DNA of 64,000 nucleotides from Paludibacteraceae bacterium. Lineage in GTDB: Bacteria; Bacteroidota; Bacteroidia; Bacteroidales; Paludibacteraceae. A program made the position numbers and the translations under genes. The DNA lies in NCBI GenBank assembly GCA_017962085.1, contig JAGCWA010000033.1, forward strand, positions 31,264 to 95,263. Direction: 5' to 3'. Within the stretch, counting starts at the first letter, position 1; the number at the start of each line of letters is the position of its first letter. This document shows, piece by piece, positions 1-13,300 of the stretch. The notes beneath the pieces were generated by a model that was not told the DNA's origin, ran no database searches, and saw nothing but the letters and a program-made list of their open reading frames with translations.

Positions 1-3000
1 TTCCCACCCGGACATATAGGGTCTGCCCCTGAGATGGACAAGTTAGGTATAGGGTTGACTGTTACGGTATGATTTTTTGTGCCAGGACATCCTTTCGCAT
101 TGTATCCTGTCACTTGGAATGTTTGCTCTGATCCAATTGGTATAACATCTATGGCAGCATTCTTTTTGCTTAGTCCAGTCCAGAAGTATTCGTTGCTCTC
201 TGATCCTGTCGCTTCCAAATGGACTGGGAGTCCATAACATACGGAAGTTGGTCCGTTGATGTTGATGGTTGGTTCTTTGTAGACCTTCACGTCTTTGGTC
301 TTGAACCCTTCGCAACCATCTTTCGTACCGTACACGATGTAATGTATGGTTTTGTCAGTCTTGCTCCCCCATGCTTCAGTCGTGATCGCCGCTTTCTCAT
401 TCATCGGGTTTGTCGTGCCTTTGTCAATCCCTGTTTTGTCAGTGCCTATGTACCAATGGTAAGAGTTGGCTTCGGCACCGGCGGCGGTGAGGACGATGTT
501 GCTGTTGTTGCATATTTCGCCTTCACCTGCGATGTTGATGGACGGAGGTGTCTTTAGGTAGATGGTCACTTGTGCCATCCTCTTACATCCGTTAGCGTTT
601 ACGCCCACTACGTAATAGGTGGTTTGTTGCTTTATGCTGTCAACCTTTATCGAGTCGTTTTTCGTTCCGTTCAGGGAAGTGTATTGGGTGAATGCTTGGG
701 TGGTGTCTTTGTCAGTGAACCATCTGCATTCTGTCAAGGCGACTTTTACACCGTTTTCTATGATATAGGCTTTCAGTGTGTCTGTTCCGTTCGGGCACAC
801 CTTTCCGTTGTTAGCTTCCGCAATGACCCTAGGCAGAGGGTGCACGGTCACATTGACATTCTTTGTGGTGGCGCAATTCCTGCTGTTTGTGATGGTGACA
901 CCATACGTGGTGGAGGTGTTCGGGGTTGCCGACATCTGAGAATCTGTGGTGTGGTTTGCGTCTGTCCATTGGTATGTGTTTGTGACAGAACCAGAATATG
1001 AGCTATAGGAGGTGGTGTCCTGCGCTGTGAGATATATGCTCTCTCCGCTGCAGATTACGGAGTCACCTGTGATTTTGATGGCAGGTATGCTGTCTATCGT
1101 GATTTTTTTTGCCACTTTAGTTGTGCAGGCCACGCTGTTATAACGGTTGAATACAATCACGTGTATCGAGTCGCTCTGCGGGTTGAGTGGGGTAGAGATT
1201 TCTGTGAAGTATGGTATTTTTTCGAAGGCTTGTCCTCCCTTTTCCTCCACACGGGCGGAGTCTGCTCCGTAGATGGATATGCTCACATCTTTGCCCTTGC
1301 AGACAGGCGACAGGTCTGGAATGATTGGAGACGGGTTGTCCCTTACCACTACTTGCTTGTCTATGTATGATTCGCACCCATATCTGTTCGTTCCCGACAG
1401 CCTGTACATGTAATCGTCGCTACCGATGGCGGAAGGTGTGCTATGGATGACAACGAGTGAGTCTGTACCGCTACCTCCGTTGGGCGCGTTTTGGCTTTCG
1501 CTTATTTCGCTTGCGATTGTTTGGCTATTCTCATGGCTGAGTCTATACCATTTGTAAAGCCCGGTATTGTCCACGTCGTTTAGCAGGCTGGTGGCATGGA
1601 GGGTAATAGGGTCGTTCACGCATATTTCGTCTCCTCCGTCGATTATCAGTATCGGTTTCTTCATCACGTTGACTTGGATGGAGTCTTTGACTGCACATCC
1701 GTTGTTGGCTTCCGCCGTGATGTAGTAAAGCGTGGTATCCTGAGGACTCACCGAGTTGTTTGCTGTGTTCTTCAAGTCGCTCCACATCCATTTGCTGATG
1801 CCAAGGCGCGGGTTGGTGGTCTCTTCCGCGTTTAGGGTCGCGTTCTCTGCTTCGCATATGTCCACTTGTTTCGGAGTCGCGCCCATGTGGGTGTTCCTTC
1901 CGGACCCGGAGACTGATATGGTCGGTATGGCCTTTGTGGTGACATTGAAGGCTTTTGTGTAGTAGCAAATGTTTTCCCCCTCTTCTCTACGTATTTTTAC
2001 GTATAGGTGGGTTGTCCCAGGTTCTGGACTAAATGTCAGTTTGGAGTAGGTGTAGCCTTCCCCTTCTTGAATCAAGTTGTTTGGATTGTTTTCTTCGTTT
2101 TCTGTGAGTTCACCTAATGTTTCAGTTTTGTACCACGAGAATTTATTCGTTGGGTCGTTGTAGTTGGTGATCTGCAGAGTTGTGGTTTCCCCTTCGCAAA
2201 CTTCGGTGACTCCGTCAATGCTGACGTCTTCCCTCGGAGAAACAGTGATTGTTTCCGTGTAGGTGTCGTGGCATCCCTTGGCGGTGGTAATATCTAATGT
2301 TACAGTATATCGACCCTTGTTCTCTTGTGTGTATTCCAGAATCCATTTCGGCGTGTCATTTTTATGAGCCGAGTCGGTTACCATGGAGAAATTATGTCCG
2401 TGATTATCGGTACAGGTCCATCTGTATTCTACGATTGTGTCAGGTTCGATAATGCTTCCGTCTTGTTGTTTGATTGGTTTGACGTATGATTCGTTGAGGA
2501 AACTCACTTCGTTATCACATGCGATTTTCTTGGTGAATTTTGCGCCCAATGGGTCTTTCGTCAGTTGCACGATGCCGTAGATTTTGGAGCAGGCTTGGTC
2601 ATCTCCGCTCATCTCACAGATGTAGTCCATGTTCTCTTGTACCTCGGCGCGGTTGACTTGGGCGATGTTGGGTTGATTGGGTACAGTGTAGAGGGATACA
2701 CCTTCACCGGTCTTCCATTCGTAGGATGTGAATCCTGTCGGTGCGGTGATGGTGATCACGTCATTCTCGGGACAGTTGTCCACCAACATCTCCATTTTTT
2801 TTGTGCAAGCGGTGAAATAGCAGTAGGCGCGGTGTCCTCCGGCGACAGGAGTGATCTTGGCGCGGCATTTCCTTCCACATCCGGCGGAACCACTTGTCCA
2901 ACCCCGTTTGCCCGCAATTCCATCTAAGTTATCAACGATTCTTTGTTGTTGATAGCAGTTTACGTATGGTATTCCGTCTGTGTATGAGATTTTTGTGTTG

Positions 3001-4007
3001 TGAAACAACCTGCTGCAATTTGTACAAACTGGAAGTTCCAATAGACAGTCGTGTATCCAAACTTCAATGGTAACGGTGTCTTTGAGATAATTCCTTAAAT
3101 CATATACGTTTGTTGTCCAATTCTTGTATGCGGCAGGATTACTACCTCCAGTGGTAAGACATGAGCTTTTTATCTGATCGAAGTCCATTTGTCCGTTATT
3201 CAGACTCGCCTCGTATTCACTGCACACGGGTTTGATGATTTGGTCGGTTCCATTTTTCCTAATGGTGACGGAAAGGAACACGGATGGACGTTCGTCCGCG
3301 ACGTGTGACGAATCTTGTCCGGGATTGTCAGGATCGTACGGATCCTCCAGGAATGCGGCGTATTGGTAAGAAAGCAGTGTGCTGTTTTCTTTCACGACGA
3401 ATGAATAGACCATTCTTTCGGCATGGGCACGACGATAGTAACCTCTTGGCTCGTAACTTGAGTATCCGATTTCTGTCTCACCACTGCTTCCTATCCTTAC
3501 CACGTTTTGCCTAGGCTCTAATTTCGCCCCCTCTGGCATCGTGTAGAAGGGAACTGTGTTTTCGCATGATGTTTTTACGCTGGGGTCAATTGTCCTTTGC
3601 GTGATGACGTCGAATGCTCCTCGTAGCCTTTGTAGCCCTGTTCCATTTGTGTAGCTTCCCGATTTGGGATATGAACCTCTATTGTCAGGCAATGTATATG
3701 AGAGCTCAGTTCCGTATTGAACCCATCCGTCGTTATCCTCGTCTCCGTTTCCTCCTGTCGCTCTTCCTTCGTCACAATGGTACTTGGATATTTTGTTCAC
3801 GATTTGTTCAGCGTCGAAATGTTCTGCGCCATAGAATCCATAGTATCTTTTCCAGACACGTAAACTGGTGTCCTTGAAACTAGCGGGGAAACTGCCGTTG
3901 CCATCCTCGAAACTTAGGTTTGGCGTATCCTCGTTAATGGCCCATACAGAACCGCAAATACAGGTGTTCACCAACAGGATGGTGAATAATATTTTAATAC
4001 ACTTCAT
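1..4007 (-). CDS. Giant repetitive surface adhesin, paralog 2 (N-terminal part only; ORF runs off the left edge, at least 1335 aa in window)
   Basis: Absent from the ORF track because no stop lies in the window. Reading the minus strand from ATG 4007-4005 gives MKCIKILFTILLVNTCICGSVWAINEDTPNLSFEDGN (signal peptide). A head region follows that aligns to the head of the 8426-aa neighbour (ERMVYSFVVKENSTLLSYQYAAF vs ERATYEFEVKENSTLLSLRYAVI; TVTIEVWIHDCLLELP vs TITIEVENRDCLELLP). After that come Ig-like units with the same P-x-P...C-x-G...L-x-A-x-G...Y-x-W pattern. The last codons at the window edge read VNPIPNLSISGADPICPGG. No listed minus-strand ORF occupies this frame, consistent with one open frame. 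Confidence 0.85.
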   Translation of the reverse strand, partial: MKCIKILFTILLVNTCICGSVWAINEDTPNLSFEDGNGSFPASFKDTSLRVWKRYYGFYGAEHFDAEQIVNKISKYHCDEGRATGGNGDEDNDGWVQYGTELSYTLPDNRGSYPKSGSYTNGTGLQRLRGAFDVITQRTIDPSVKTSCENTVPFYTMPEGAKLEPRQNVVRIGSSGETEIGYSSYEPRGYYRRAHAERMVYSFVVKENSTLLSYQYAAFLEDPYDPDNPGQDSSHVADERPSVFLSVTIRKNGTDQIIKPVCSEYEASLNNGQMDFDQIKSSCLTTGGSNPAAYKNWTTNVYDLRNYLKDTVTIEVWIHDCLLELPVCTNCSRLFHNTKISYTDGIPYVNCYQQQRIVDNLDGIAGKRGWTSGSAGCGRKCRAKITPVAGGHRAYCYFTACTKKMEMLVDNCPENDVITITAPTGFTSYEWKTGEGVSLYTVPNQPNIAQVNRAEVQENMDYICEMSGDDQACSKIYGIVQLTKDPLGAKFTKKIACDNEVSFLNESYVKPIKQQDGSIIEPDTIVEYRWTCTDNHGHNFSMVTDSAHKNDTPKWILEYTQENKGRYTVTLDITTAKGCHDTYTETITVSPREDVSIDGVTEVCEGETTTLQITNYNDPTNKFSWYKTETLGELTENEENNPNNLIQEGEGYTYSKLTFSPEPGTTHLYVKIRREEGENICYYTKAFNVTTKAIPTISVSGSGRNTHMGATPKQVDICEAENATLNAEETTNPRLGISKWMWSDLKNTANNSVSPQDTTLYYITAEANNGCAVKDSIQVNVMKKPILIIDGGDEICVNDPITLHATSLLNDVDNTGLYKWYRLSHENSQTIASEISESQNAPNGGSGTDSLVVIHSTPSAIGSDDYMYRLSGTNRYGCESYIDKQVVVRDNPSPIIPDLSPVCKGKDVSISIYGADSARVEEKGGQAFEKIPYFTEISTPLNPQSDSIHVIVFNRYNSVACTTKVAKKITIDSIPAIKITGDSVICSGESIYLTAQDTTSYSSYSGSVTNTYQWTDANHTTDSQMSATPNTSTTYGVTITNSRNCATTKNVNVTVHPLPRVIAEANNGKVCPNGTDTLKAYIIENGVKVALTECRWFTDKDTTQAFTQYTSLNGTKNDSIKVDSIKQQTTYYVVGVNANGCKRMAQVTIYLKTPPSINIAGEGEICNNSNIVLTAAGAEANSYHWYIGTDKTGIDKGTTNPMNEKAAITTEAWGSKTDKTIHYIVYGTKDGCEGFKTKDVKVYKEPTININGPTSVCYGLPVHLEATGSESNEYFWTGLSKKNAAIDVIPIGSEQTFQVTGYNAKGCPGTKNHTVTVNPIPNLSISGADPICPGG

Positions 4008-4264
4008 ATACATCGACTTTGTTCCTTCCATAAGCAGTTATTTCTTAGCGGTCTACCTTGTAGTCTTTCCACTATAGTTCAATATGCTAAATTAAGTTAA
4101 AGTTTTCATTTTGACAACAGTTTCATCCTTTATTTTATTGGCATTTTCTATTTATTGTGCGCATTTTATATTGTTTTTTCACTTTTATTTTACTATGGGC
4201 ACATCCTTGTGTTTGCGTTTCTTTTTCAACTAAGGGAAATCAGTGTTTCAATCTGTGCTTTTAT

Positions 4265-4308
4265 GCAAAAAAACGATGGTTGCCGATTCCTCGACAACCA
4301 TCGTTTTA
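4265..4308 (-). terminator. Rho-independent terminator after the 8426-aa gene
   Basis: Perfect 10-bp stem ACGATGGTTG (4273-4282) / CAACCATCGT (4295-4304). On the minus strand it is followed by a T7 run (plus-strand A run 4267-4273). It lies 50 nt past the TAA at 4359-4361. Confidence 0.75.
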
Positions 4309-4358
4309 TAAGGGTGCGACAGAGTCGCGATTTTAGTGCGTTTTGGGGCGGATATGGC

Positions 4359-7300
4359 TTATCGGATCAGCGTGACAGTGCCTCGCCTCTCACCTGTCTT
4401 GTCGATGCCTTTGTATACGCTCTTGTATTCTACGATGTATCCATACACACCCCATTCACACTTCTCTCCGTTCTTGTCTGTTCCGTCCCATTTGCCATTT
4501 CGATTGTCGGACTCGAATATGATACGTCCCGATCTATCGAAGATGCGCCAGTGGAATTCGGTCATGAATTCGGTGCCCTTGAATAGGAAGAAGTCGTTCA
4601 TGCCGTCCTCGTTAGGCGTGAATGCGTTCGGTGCCCAGAAGTCTTTCCAAACGTAGACGATGGTGTCACCTTCATAGCGACATCCGTTGTCGTCGACCGC
4701 TATTGCCGTCACGGTGAAGGAGTCGCTCGCATTAGGATTTATGTACGTGTGCTTAGCATTTCGGCCCCTTGTGTCAGGTCTTCCGTCATCTGTAATCCAA
4801 GTCCAATTATTCGTCTCAGGGAAGATACCCGTCATCTCAATGACATTGGATTTCTCGTCGATGGTGGTTGGCGTCACGTCGAAACGGATAGGGTTGAATT
4901 CCAGTGCGTCGACTTTGATTGTGTCATGTGAGGCACATCCGTTGGCATCATATGCGGCGACGTAGACTTCCGTTGGGGTCGTAATCGTTCCGGAAACCTT
5001 TTTCTCGTAGTTGCTGAAGAGGTCTCCGTTGATAGGGTTGCTCGACCAATTGCACTTGACGATGTACGACTCCCTGATGCTGAATTCAGCCCTTGTGTCT
5101 GTGTTCGGACATCCAACGAGGGTGTCGTGAATTTTGACGGTAGGATTCTTGTATACCCACAATGTGAACTCTTTGGTGTTCTTACAATTGTTGACAGAGG
5201 TTCCTGTGATGTGGAATTTGTTGGCTCCTGCTTTCAATCCTTCTCTCACAAGGTAACGGCCTTCCTCAACAATATCTGAACCTTCTTCCCTCCATACGAA
5301 CTTGTCCGCACCATCGGCGATGAGTGTCGCATTGCCACCTTCACAGACGGAGGAGTCTCCATAAATGTCCACATTCGGAGCCACGTTCGTTTCGATGAGG
5401 ATCTCTTCGGATGTGACGCATCCATTGTCGGCGATACCGGAGAGGAGAACCCTTGTCACACCCATTGGAGTGAACTCGTATGGGTTGCCTGCTTTTGAGG
5501 TCAGTCCGCCGTCTGTGCTCCATCTGTATTCCTTCGCATCACCTTCCGCGAACAATTTGATGGCTTCGCCGAGACAAACTTCAGTGTTGCCGGAATATAC
5601 CACGGTTGGTGGGGTCTTCATCTTGATGTTGATGGATTTCTCCGTCTCACATCCTTTGTCGTCCACACCTTTGACGAATACGTAGGTTGGAATGTCTATT
5701 TGCACAGCGATCGGAGTGCCGTTGCTACTGAGGTTCTTGTCGTAGATCGGTGTCTGGTAGCCCCAGTAGTAGGTCATGGCGTCACCCGTTGCGGTCAAAG
5801 TGGTGTATTCTCCTCTACAAACCTCCGTTTCGCCGTCGATGGTGAACTCTGGGTTCTTGTTGACCCTGACAGGAATCTTCAGTTCGCTCTTACACTTGTT
5901 CTTGTCTGTTCCGACAACCGAGAATACACTGTCTCCCGCAGGTGGAATGGTGATCATTGTCTTGTTGCTGGAACCGTTGTTCCACAAGTAAGAGTCTGCT
6001 CCATATACGGTCAGTGTCAACTGAGAGTTCTCGCAGATGACAGTGTTTCCTTGGAAGGTTAGACTTGGGTTCGGCAATGCGTTGACAGGGATGCTGATCG
6101 GCTCTGCCGCACATCCGTTGCTGGAACCCTCCAGTACATATACTGCGCTAGTTGTAGGATAATCTGTCATCAGGTTGGTTGTGGACAATGTTACGCCTGG
6201 TTTGTCGGAGCTGGTCCATTTGTAGGTCTTGGCGCCTTTGGCGTTCAGTTGTAACCTGTCTCCTTGGCACAATGTCGTGACACCTGTCCAAGTCACCTCA
6301 GGAATCTTTTGGCTAACCACCGTATGGGTAACCGTGCTTTCACAATTGTTGGCATCTTTACCCACTACGATGAACTTCGTCGTTGTGTTGATGACTGGTG
6401 TGATGCTTGGTGTACCCGCACCATTGCTCCAACTATAGGAGAGTTGAGAGTTGTCGGTGGATTCTGCGGTGAGTGTTGTCGCAGTTCCTTCGCAGACTTC
6501 CGTCACACCTTTGACGACAAATTTAGGTGTTGGCTTAACGACTACCACGTGTTCTGCCGTGTTGGAACATTTGTGGCTGTCCGTTCCTGTCACGCGGTAA
6601 GTTGTCGTCCTCTCTGGTTGGTCGCTTAGCGTGGTGTTCCTGTATGTGTTGCCGCCCCATGCCCAGGTGTAGGTGTTGCCTCCTGTTGCGCTCAGTTTCA
6701 GTTGGGTGCCTTGGCATACAGTGGCAGGTCCGTTGATCCAAATGGTCGGCAATTCATATTTGTCGATGATGATGTCCCTCACGGTGGTACATCCGTTCTC
6801 TTCTCCTTCCACTTTGTAGATGGTTCGTTCATGGATGGTGTCGGTCATCGTGCCACCTTGGGCCTTCAGTGACTCAGAACCTGACCATTTGTAGTGGGAA
6901 GCTCCGGTGACACTGATTCTCACTTCCGATCCGTCGCAGACCGCGGATGGTGCGGTGTAGCTGAGGACAGGGTAAAGTTTCCGAGTGACGGTCTTGCTGC
7001 CAGTGCTCTTACAACCGTGCTCGTCTGTTCCTTCCACCGTGAATGTCTTGTTGCTTGTGATGATAGGATAGATGTGCGCACCTTGTTCGGAAGTGCTCCA
7101 TACATAATCCTTCGCACCAGTAGCCTCCAAATGGGTGGCATCTCCGTTGCAGGTTGCGTTGTCTCCCAAAATCTTGATGGTAGGGAGTGGGTGTACGGTA
7201 ATCTCGAATGTGTCTTTGTTGACACAATTGTTGGCATCCGTACCCGTTACCCAAATGACAAGTGGTTTCGACGTCTCGGTTGGGGTGAGATTGATGTGTT

Positions 7301-10300
7301 CACCCACTTGTTTTGTGCTCCATACATAGGAGGCGGCTCCGTTGGCGGAGAGCTCTATGTCGTCGCCTGAGCAGATGCTCTCGTTTCCGGTAATCCATAC
7401 GTAAGGGAGTGGGTTGACGTCCACGTAGACGCTGGCCACACTGGTACATCCTTTCGTTGTACCCCTTACGGTATAAGTGGTACCCTTTTCTGGCGAATCC
7501 ACATATTTTTTGTTGTTTTGGGTAGGATCGTTCTGCCATACGTACTCGTTGGCGCCATTTGCGGTCAGAACAGCCTTTTCACCATGGCATACTGCCTTAG
7601 GAGCGGAGATAGTGACGTCTGGATACATCTTCACTTTCACTTTGATGTTATCCTCCGCCGTACATCCGTTCTCAGACTCCGCCATCACCTTGTAGGTCGT
7701 ATGCTCCTCTACAATAGGGTAGATGGTGTCGCTTTGTTCTCCCGTGTTGGTCCATGTGTATCGGATGGCATCTCCCGTTACCCAGAGTGTATCCATGTCT
7801 CCTTGGCATATCTCCGTCTTTCCATGGATTTGGAAAATTGGTGCTGGATTCACTTTCACTTCGAACGAGTCTTTGTTGATACATCCGTTGAGGTCTGTTC
7901 CTGTCACGTGGTACTTGAAGCTCTTATTCGCCTTGTTCGGTTTCACGGTGACGGTCTCCACCGTAGAGCTGTTAGTCTCGATGTCACGAACATCCCATAC
8001 GTAGGTGTGGGCTCCATTGGCCCTCATGGTGATGGTCTGGTTCAAGCACAATTCGTCTACGTTAGAGGAGATCCATACGTTTGGCAATGGCATGACAGCC
8101 ACAGGGAAGGTGGTGTCAGTCTTACATCCGTCCGTCTCGCCCGTTACGCTATAGATAGTGTCTCTCAACAATTTGTTGGAGAATTGGCTCACGTGTGATC
8201 CGTCGTTCCAGGTGTAGTTCTTAGCACCCGAAATGCTGATTTGTGCGCTTTCGTTGTAGCATGTGTAATCAGGAGCTGTCACGTTCAACTTAGGATAAGG
8301 CTTGGTCTTGACCTCTTTCTCCGCATTGTTGACGCATCCGTAGATGTCTTGAACGGTCACCTTGAAGGTCTTGTCCTTCTTGATGCTGCTGTTGATCTTT
8401 TCTACGGTTTCTCCGTCTTCCCAAGCGTATGATTTGAACAATACTTGCGAACCGTTCGCCGCTTTTGGATTGTCGTTGACTACCCATAACGTGTCGATGT
8501 CGCCCTCGCAGATGAGGTCTTGGTATGCCTCGATATGGAGGAGAGGGAGGTCATGTACAATTACTTTGTATTCGTTGTAGTTCTTACATCCGAACTTGTC
8601 TTCTCCCCATACGGTGTAGGTCGTCGTTGCCAAAGGACCAACCTTGATGACATCGCTCTTGTATTGTCCGTTCTCCCATGAGTATTTGCCCGATTCGCCA
8701 CCGCTGGCGATCAAACTGATACTATCATTCGCACAGATTTCGTTGTCTAACTTGTCTGAGGTGATGAGTATGGTCGGCAAACTCTTGACCGGAACATTGA
8801 TGTCGATTGGTTCAGCCTCACATCCGTTCTTGGAACCGCTCACGGTGAAGGTCCTATCCATCAGGAGAACCTCCTTCGTGGTATTTGACGTTTCGTTGTT
8901 ATCCCACTTGTAGATCTCCGCACCACTCACTACGATCTTAGCCTCTGTATTGTAGCATACGTATTCTGGTTTCTCCTCCACTTTGATGACAGGACGATCT
9001 TTTTTGTAGATGGTCTTGTCCACCTTGAAGTCACAACCGTTAGCATTTCTTCCTCTCACGGTGAAGGTAGTGGTCTCCTCGATCTTGTAGGTCATTTCCT
9101 CGCCGCTGGTAAGTATGTTCTCTCCGATGCTCCAAGTGTAGTCCACTCCTGAGCCCGTAGCCTTCAATGTTACGTTGTTTCCTTCGCAGATGCTGTCGGA
9201 TGGTGTTGCGACGATGATGAGGTCGGTTGGCAATGCATCCACTCTCACAAGATGGGTGGCAGTCGAGTGACATTGGTGTTTGTCTGTACCCATAGCGTTA
9301 TATCTTGTGATATCTGTTGGCTTCACCATCAGTTCGGCGGAGGTGTGGTTCTTTATCTCTGTGGTGGCGCCTAATCCGCCTTGTGCGGTTTGCGTCCACT
9401 GGTAAGTCATCGGACCGTTGCCGTTTTTGTCATCCTCGGCGGTCAGGATAGTGCTGTCTCCGATGCAGACCGCATCCTCTCCCTTGATTTCGAAGATTGG
9501 CAATGGCCAAACGTTGATGTTGAAGTTGGTGTCGTTTTGGCACTCCCTTACTTCGACTCTCACATTGTAGCTCCTCTTGTTGGAGATGACCTCTTCCCAA
9601 TAGCTATTGGTGTTGGCGTTCTGCCATTCCCAAGAAGCGTTCTCGCTCAGATCCTTTCCTTTGGCGTCCACAGCTCTCAAGTCGATACGTACCATGTCAT
9701 TCTTACAAACAGTGTCCACACCAGTGTTCGTGTTTACTAAGATGTGCGGTATAGGTTTTGTCCTAATCGTATCTCTATCGACACTCTCACATCCATTGTT
9801 GTCCGTTCCGATAACAGTGACGATGGTGCTATCCTTCAGGATCTGAGGATTGATGTTGGAGGTGTAATAGTTTTCTTTGTTCACTGTCCAGATGAACGAC
9901 TCTGCGGTACCGCTTGTGTACAATGTGGCTTCCGCACCTTGGCACACCTCTAAGTCTCCTTCGATTTGAACGCTTGGTAACTCGTTGACTTTGATGTCGA
10001 TGTCGCCTTGTCCTTTACATCCATTCTCATCCACACCAGTGACGTAGTATTTGGTCATGAATGAGGCGTTCTTTGATGCGTTGAGGTGAACCTTGACCTG
10101 GTCTCCGAATAGGCTTGAAGCGTATGTTCCTGCCCATTGTATGCCTGCTTCAGAAATCTCTGGTCCTCTCCATGTGTATTTGCCGGATATGCCACCCTTA
10201 GCGAAGAGGGAGTCATAACCTCCGATACATACATCGGTATTCTCCACATCGATTGTGATGTTTGGCAACGACCAGATGTTGATGCTGGTGTCGATCGTGG

Positions 10301-13300
10301 ATTCACAACCGTTGGATATGCCTCGCAATTGTACATTGACAGGGGCGGTGAGTTGGGTGAGAACTATCTCGTTCTGACCGTCATATTCATTCCTATCCCT
10401 TTTGTCCACGCTCCAGAAGTAGCCTCCGTTTGCACCTTGGGCTGTCAATGTCATGTTCTCTCCGTAACATACGTAGTTCGTGTCTTTCCCTTCGCTGTTC
10501 TTCATGGACAATCTTAAAATAGGGTTGGCCTTGACTTTGACATTGATTGAGTCGTCTTTCGTACATCCGAATGCTGTGCGGGCTGTAACGTACAACATCT
10601 TGTCGTCGTTTAACGTCTCGGAGTAGGTCATGTCTTGACGGAATCCCTTCATGTCATGCCAATCGTATTCCAGACCCATGTTGTTCGCTTGCACGGTAAC
10701 ATCTGAACCACGGCAAACTGGGCTGTTGCTAGACAGGGTGAATGCCGGCAGTGGGTGGAGCGACACATTGACGGATGTTCTGCCTTGACAATTGTTGCCA
10801 TCCACTACTGTCACGTAGAAGGTGCTGTCTGAGGTGATCGCATTTGTCGTGTATGTCGCGCTGTGCACGTTTGTGCCTTCCCAATGGAATGCGTTGTCGA
10901 TGCTGACCGTTGGACTGCTTGCCTCCAAAGTGGCCGTATTACCAGGACATACGGATACATTCTCCACAATGATGGTAGGATCATCCCAAGTGTTGATGGT
11001 GTATTTGTTTACACTAGGACAGTATCCTTTCGCATTGTTGCTGGTGTTAGTGTATACGTTAGATGCAGTGACGGTGTACTGCGTCTGTTTGAGCACTTTC
11101 GGCGTGATGGAGTCTCTGTTCAGGATGGCTCCTTGTTCGCCCCACGATGTCCATTGGTATTGAACTTCCTCTACATTCGTCTCAGTGTTGCTGACGCGTA
11201 CGAGACCTTTCGCTCCCTTACATACGTTCTCTGTGATGGTGTCAAGTTTGATGATTGGGAGTTTGTGCATTTTGACGGTGTGCGTCAGGCTACTGCTACA
11301 ACCCAGCGAGTTGGATGCCGTCAGCTTCACTGTCGTATCCTTCGTGATGAGGAATGTGTGGCTCTTCAGGCTGGAAATGTGGTTGCCTAAGGTGTCTGTC
11401 CATTTGTAGCTTAGACCTTCGGCGCTATTTCCAGTGAGGGCGATACGTGTGTTATCGCAAGTGTCGGTCGGACCTTCGATGGAGAATACTGGCAATTCAT
11501 GCAGCGCAATGATTGTGGAGTCTACATTGTAGCATGTCTTTCCATCGTAATTAGGGTAACTCATTCCACCCAACAGGATGTGTTTCTCTCCATTTCGTGT
11601 CGGAATGAATGTGGTGTCTTGACTTCCTCTTGCGCTGGTGTCTCTAGTGTCCCATGCGTATTTGTCTCCACCAGTGGCATTCAAGGTCAAAGGTTGTCCT
11701 TTACAAGCCGAGTAGCTGTTGCCCTCCTTTATCTTGATGTTCGGCAACTGAAGTACTTGTACCCTGAATGTCGTGTCGCTTTCACATACTGCAGTGACGT
11801 ATTTCTTTTGGGCTAATACGTGGAACCATGACTCGGTGGTCAATGGCTTCGTTGTCCACTCTTTGCCTACTTTGTCTGCGGTCGCACTTACGTCTGTGCC
11901 TTCGTACCAATAGAACTTCGTGCTGTCGTTGTCGTTCAATTGGGTAGAGAAGTTCGCTGCAGAACCGAAGCAGATATATTTGTCGACATCCAACATCAGC
12001 TCAGGATGTTTTTTGCTGTCGATTGTGATACTGTCGAGCTTCTCGCAGTGTGTGTCTGGATTGATCGCATAGATGCGGATTGTCGTATCTTTTGTGATCG
12101 TGTAGTTGTGCGAGTTGTTTGTGCGGTAGCCGCTCTCGTCCCACTTGTAGCTGTAAGCCGTTGTCGCTTCGACGAGTACCTCGATCTTGTCTCCCTCGCA
12201 GGCTTCTTTTGGCCCCTTGATGTTGAATTTCGGCAATCCATTTCTCCTGACGAGGATGTTGGTGCTGTTTTTACAAGTCCTGATATCCTTGCCCTCGACA
12301 ATGTAGGTGGTCAAGTCGGCCTCAGGAGCAATCTTGAGTTGGCTTTCCCTGACTAAACTATTGTTGACTTTGACTGTGTCTATGACTTCATTGTCGTTTT
12401 GGTCTTGGTATTTGACAGACCAGATGTATTCTCCATCCACACCGCCTTGCGCTTTCAGCAATACGGAGTCTCCTTCGCAGACTTCCCTTTGCCCATCCAA
12501 TTGGATGACTGGTTTTTCCCAAGGGGTTATCTTGAAGATCGTGTCGGATGAGCACTCTTTGTATTTGTTGACAAAGATTGGATACTGCTTCGTGACAGTA
12601 GCCTTATACTCCTTATAAGTGGAGATGGTTTGTTTCAATGTGGTGTTATTGAAACTCAAGTCATTTCCAGTAATCTTTGTGCCCGTTCTGGCGTCGACCC
12701 AACTGAATGTCACATTGTTCATGTGTGAGTTGACAACCAGGGTGGCGGTGTCGTCCTTACATACATTGTGCGTGTCCTTCACTGCGTAGATGTCCGGTAT
12801 CATCTTCATCATGATGCGGATAGAATCCTTTTCGCTACAACCGTTGGCGTTGGTGCCGATCACGTAGAGCGTGGTGTCTTGCGTGATTCTGATCTTGAGC
12901 TCGTCGTTCCTACCCAATTCGGTTCCACTCTTGTTTGTCCATTCGTAGCCGAGTCCGCCGACTGTTGAGGCGTCCTTGGTGGCCGTAAGGGTAACCTCCT
13001 CGCCCTCGCAGGCGATGGTGTCGCCTGAGATGGAGAACTTAGGTAATTCGTTGATGCCGATGAATACGCTGTCTTGGTTCACACATTTGTTGCCGTCCAT
13101 ACCCCAAAGGTACTTCGTGGTTTGTGTCGTCAGATTCTTATAGGTCATCTCTGATTCCGTGCCGTAGTCGTTTTCATCTCTTGAGATGGTGCCGCGGCTA
13201 TCCCTCCATGCGTATTTCAGCGCTCCGTTTCCTGCCAAGGTCACGCTATCTCCCTTACATACGGATTTTGCGGACAAGTCGATCTTGACGTTTGGCAAAC

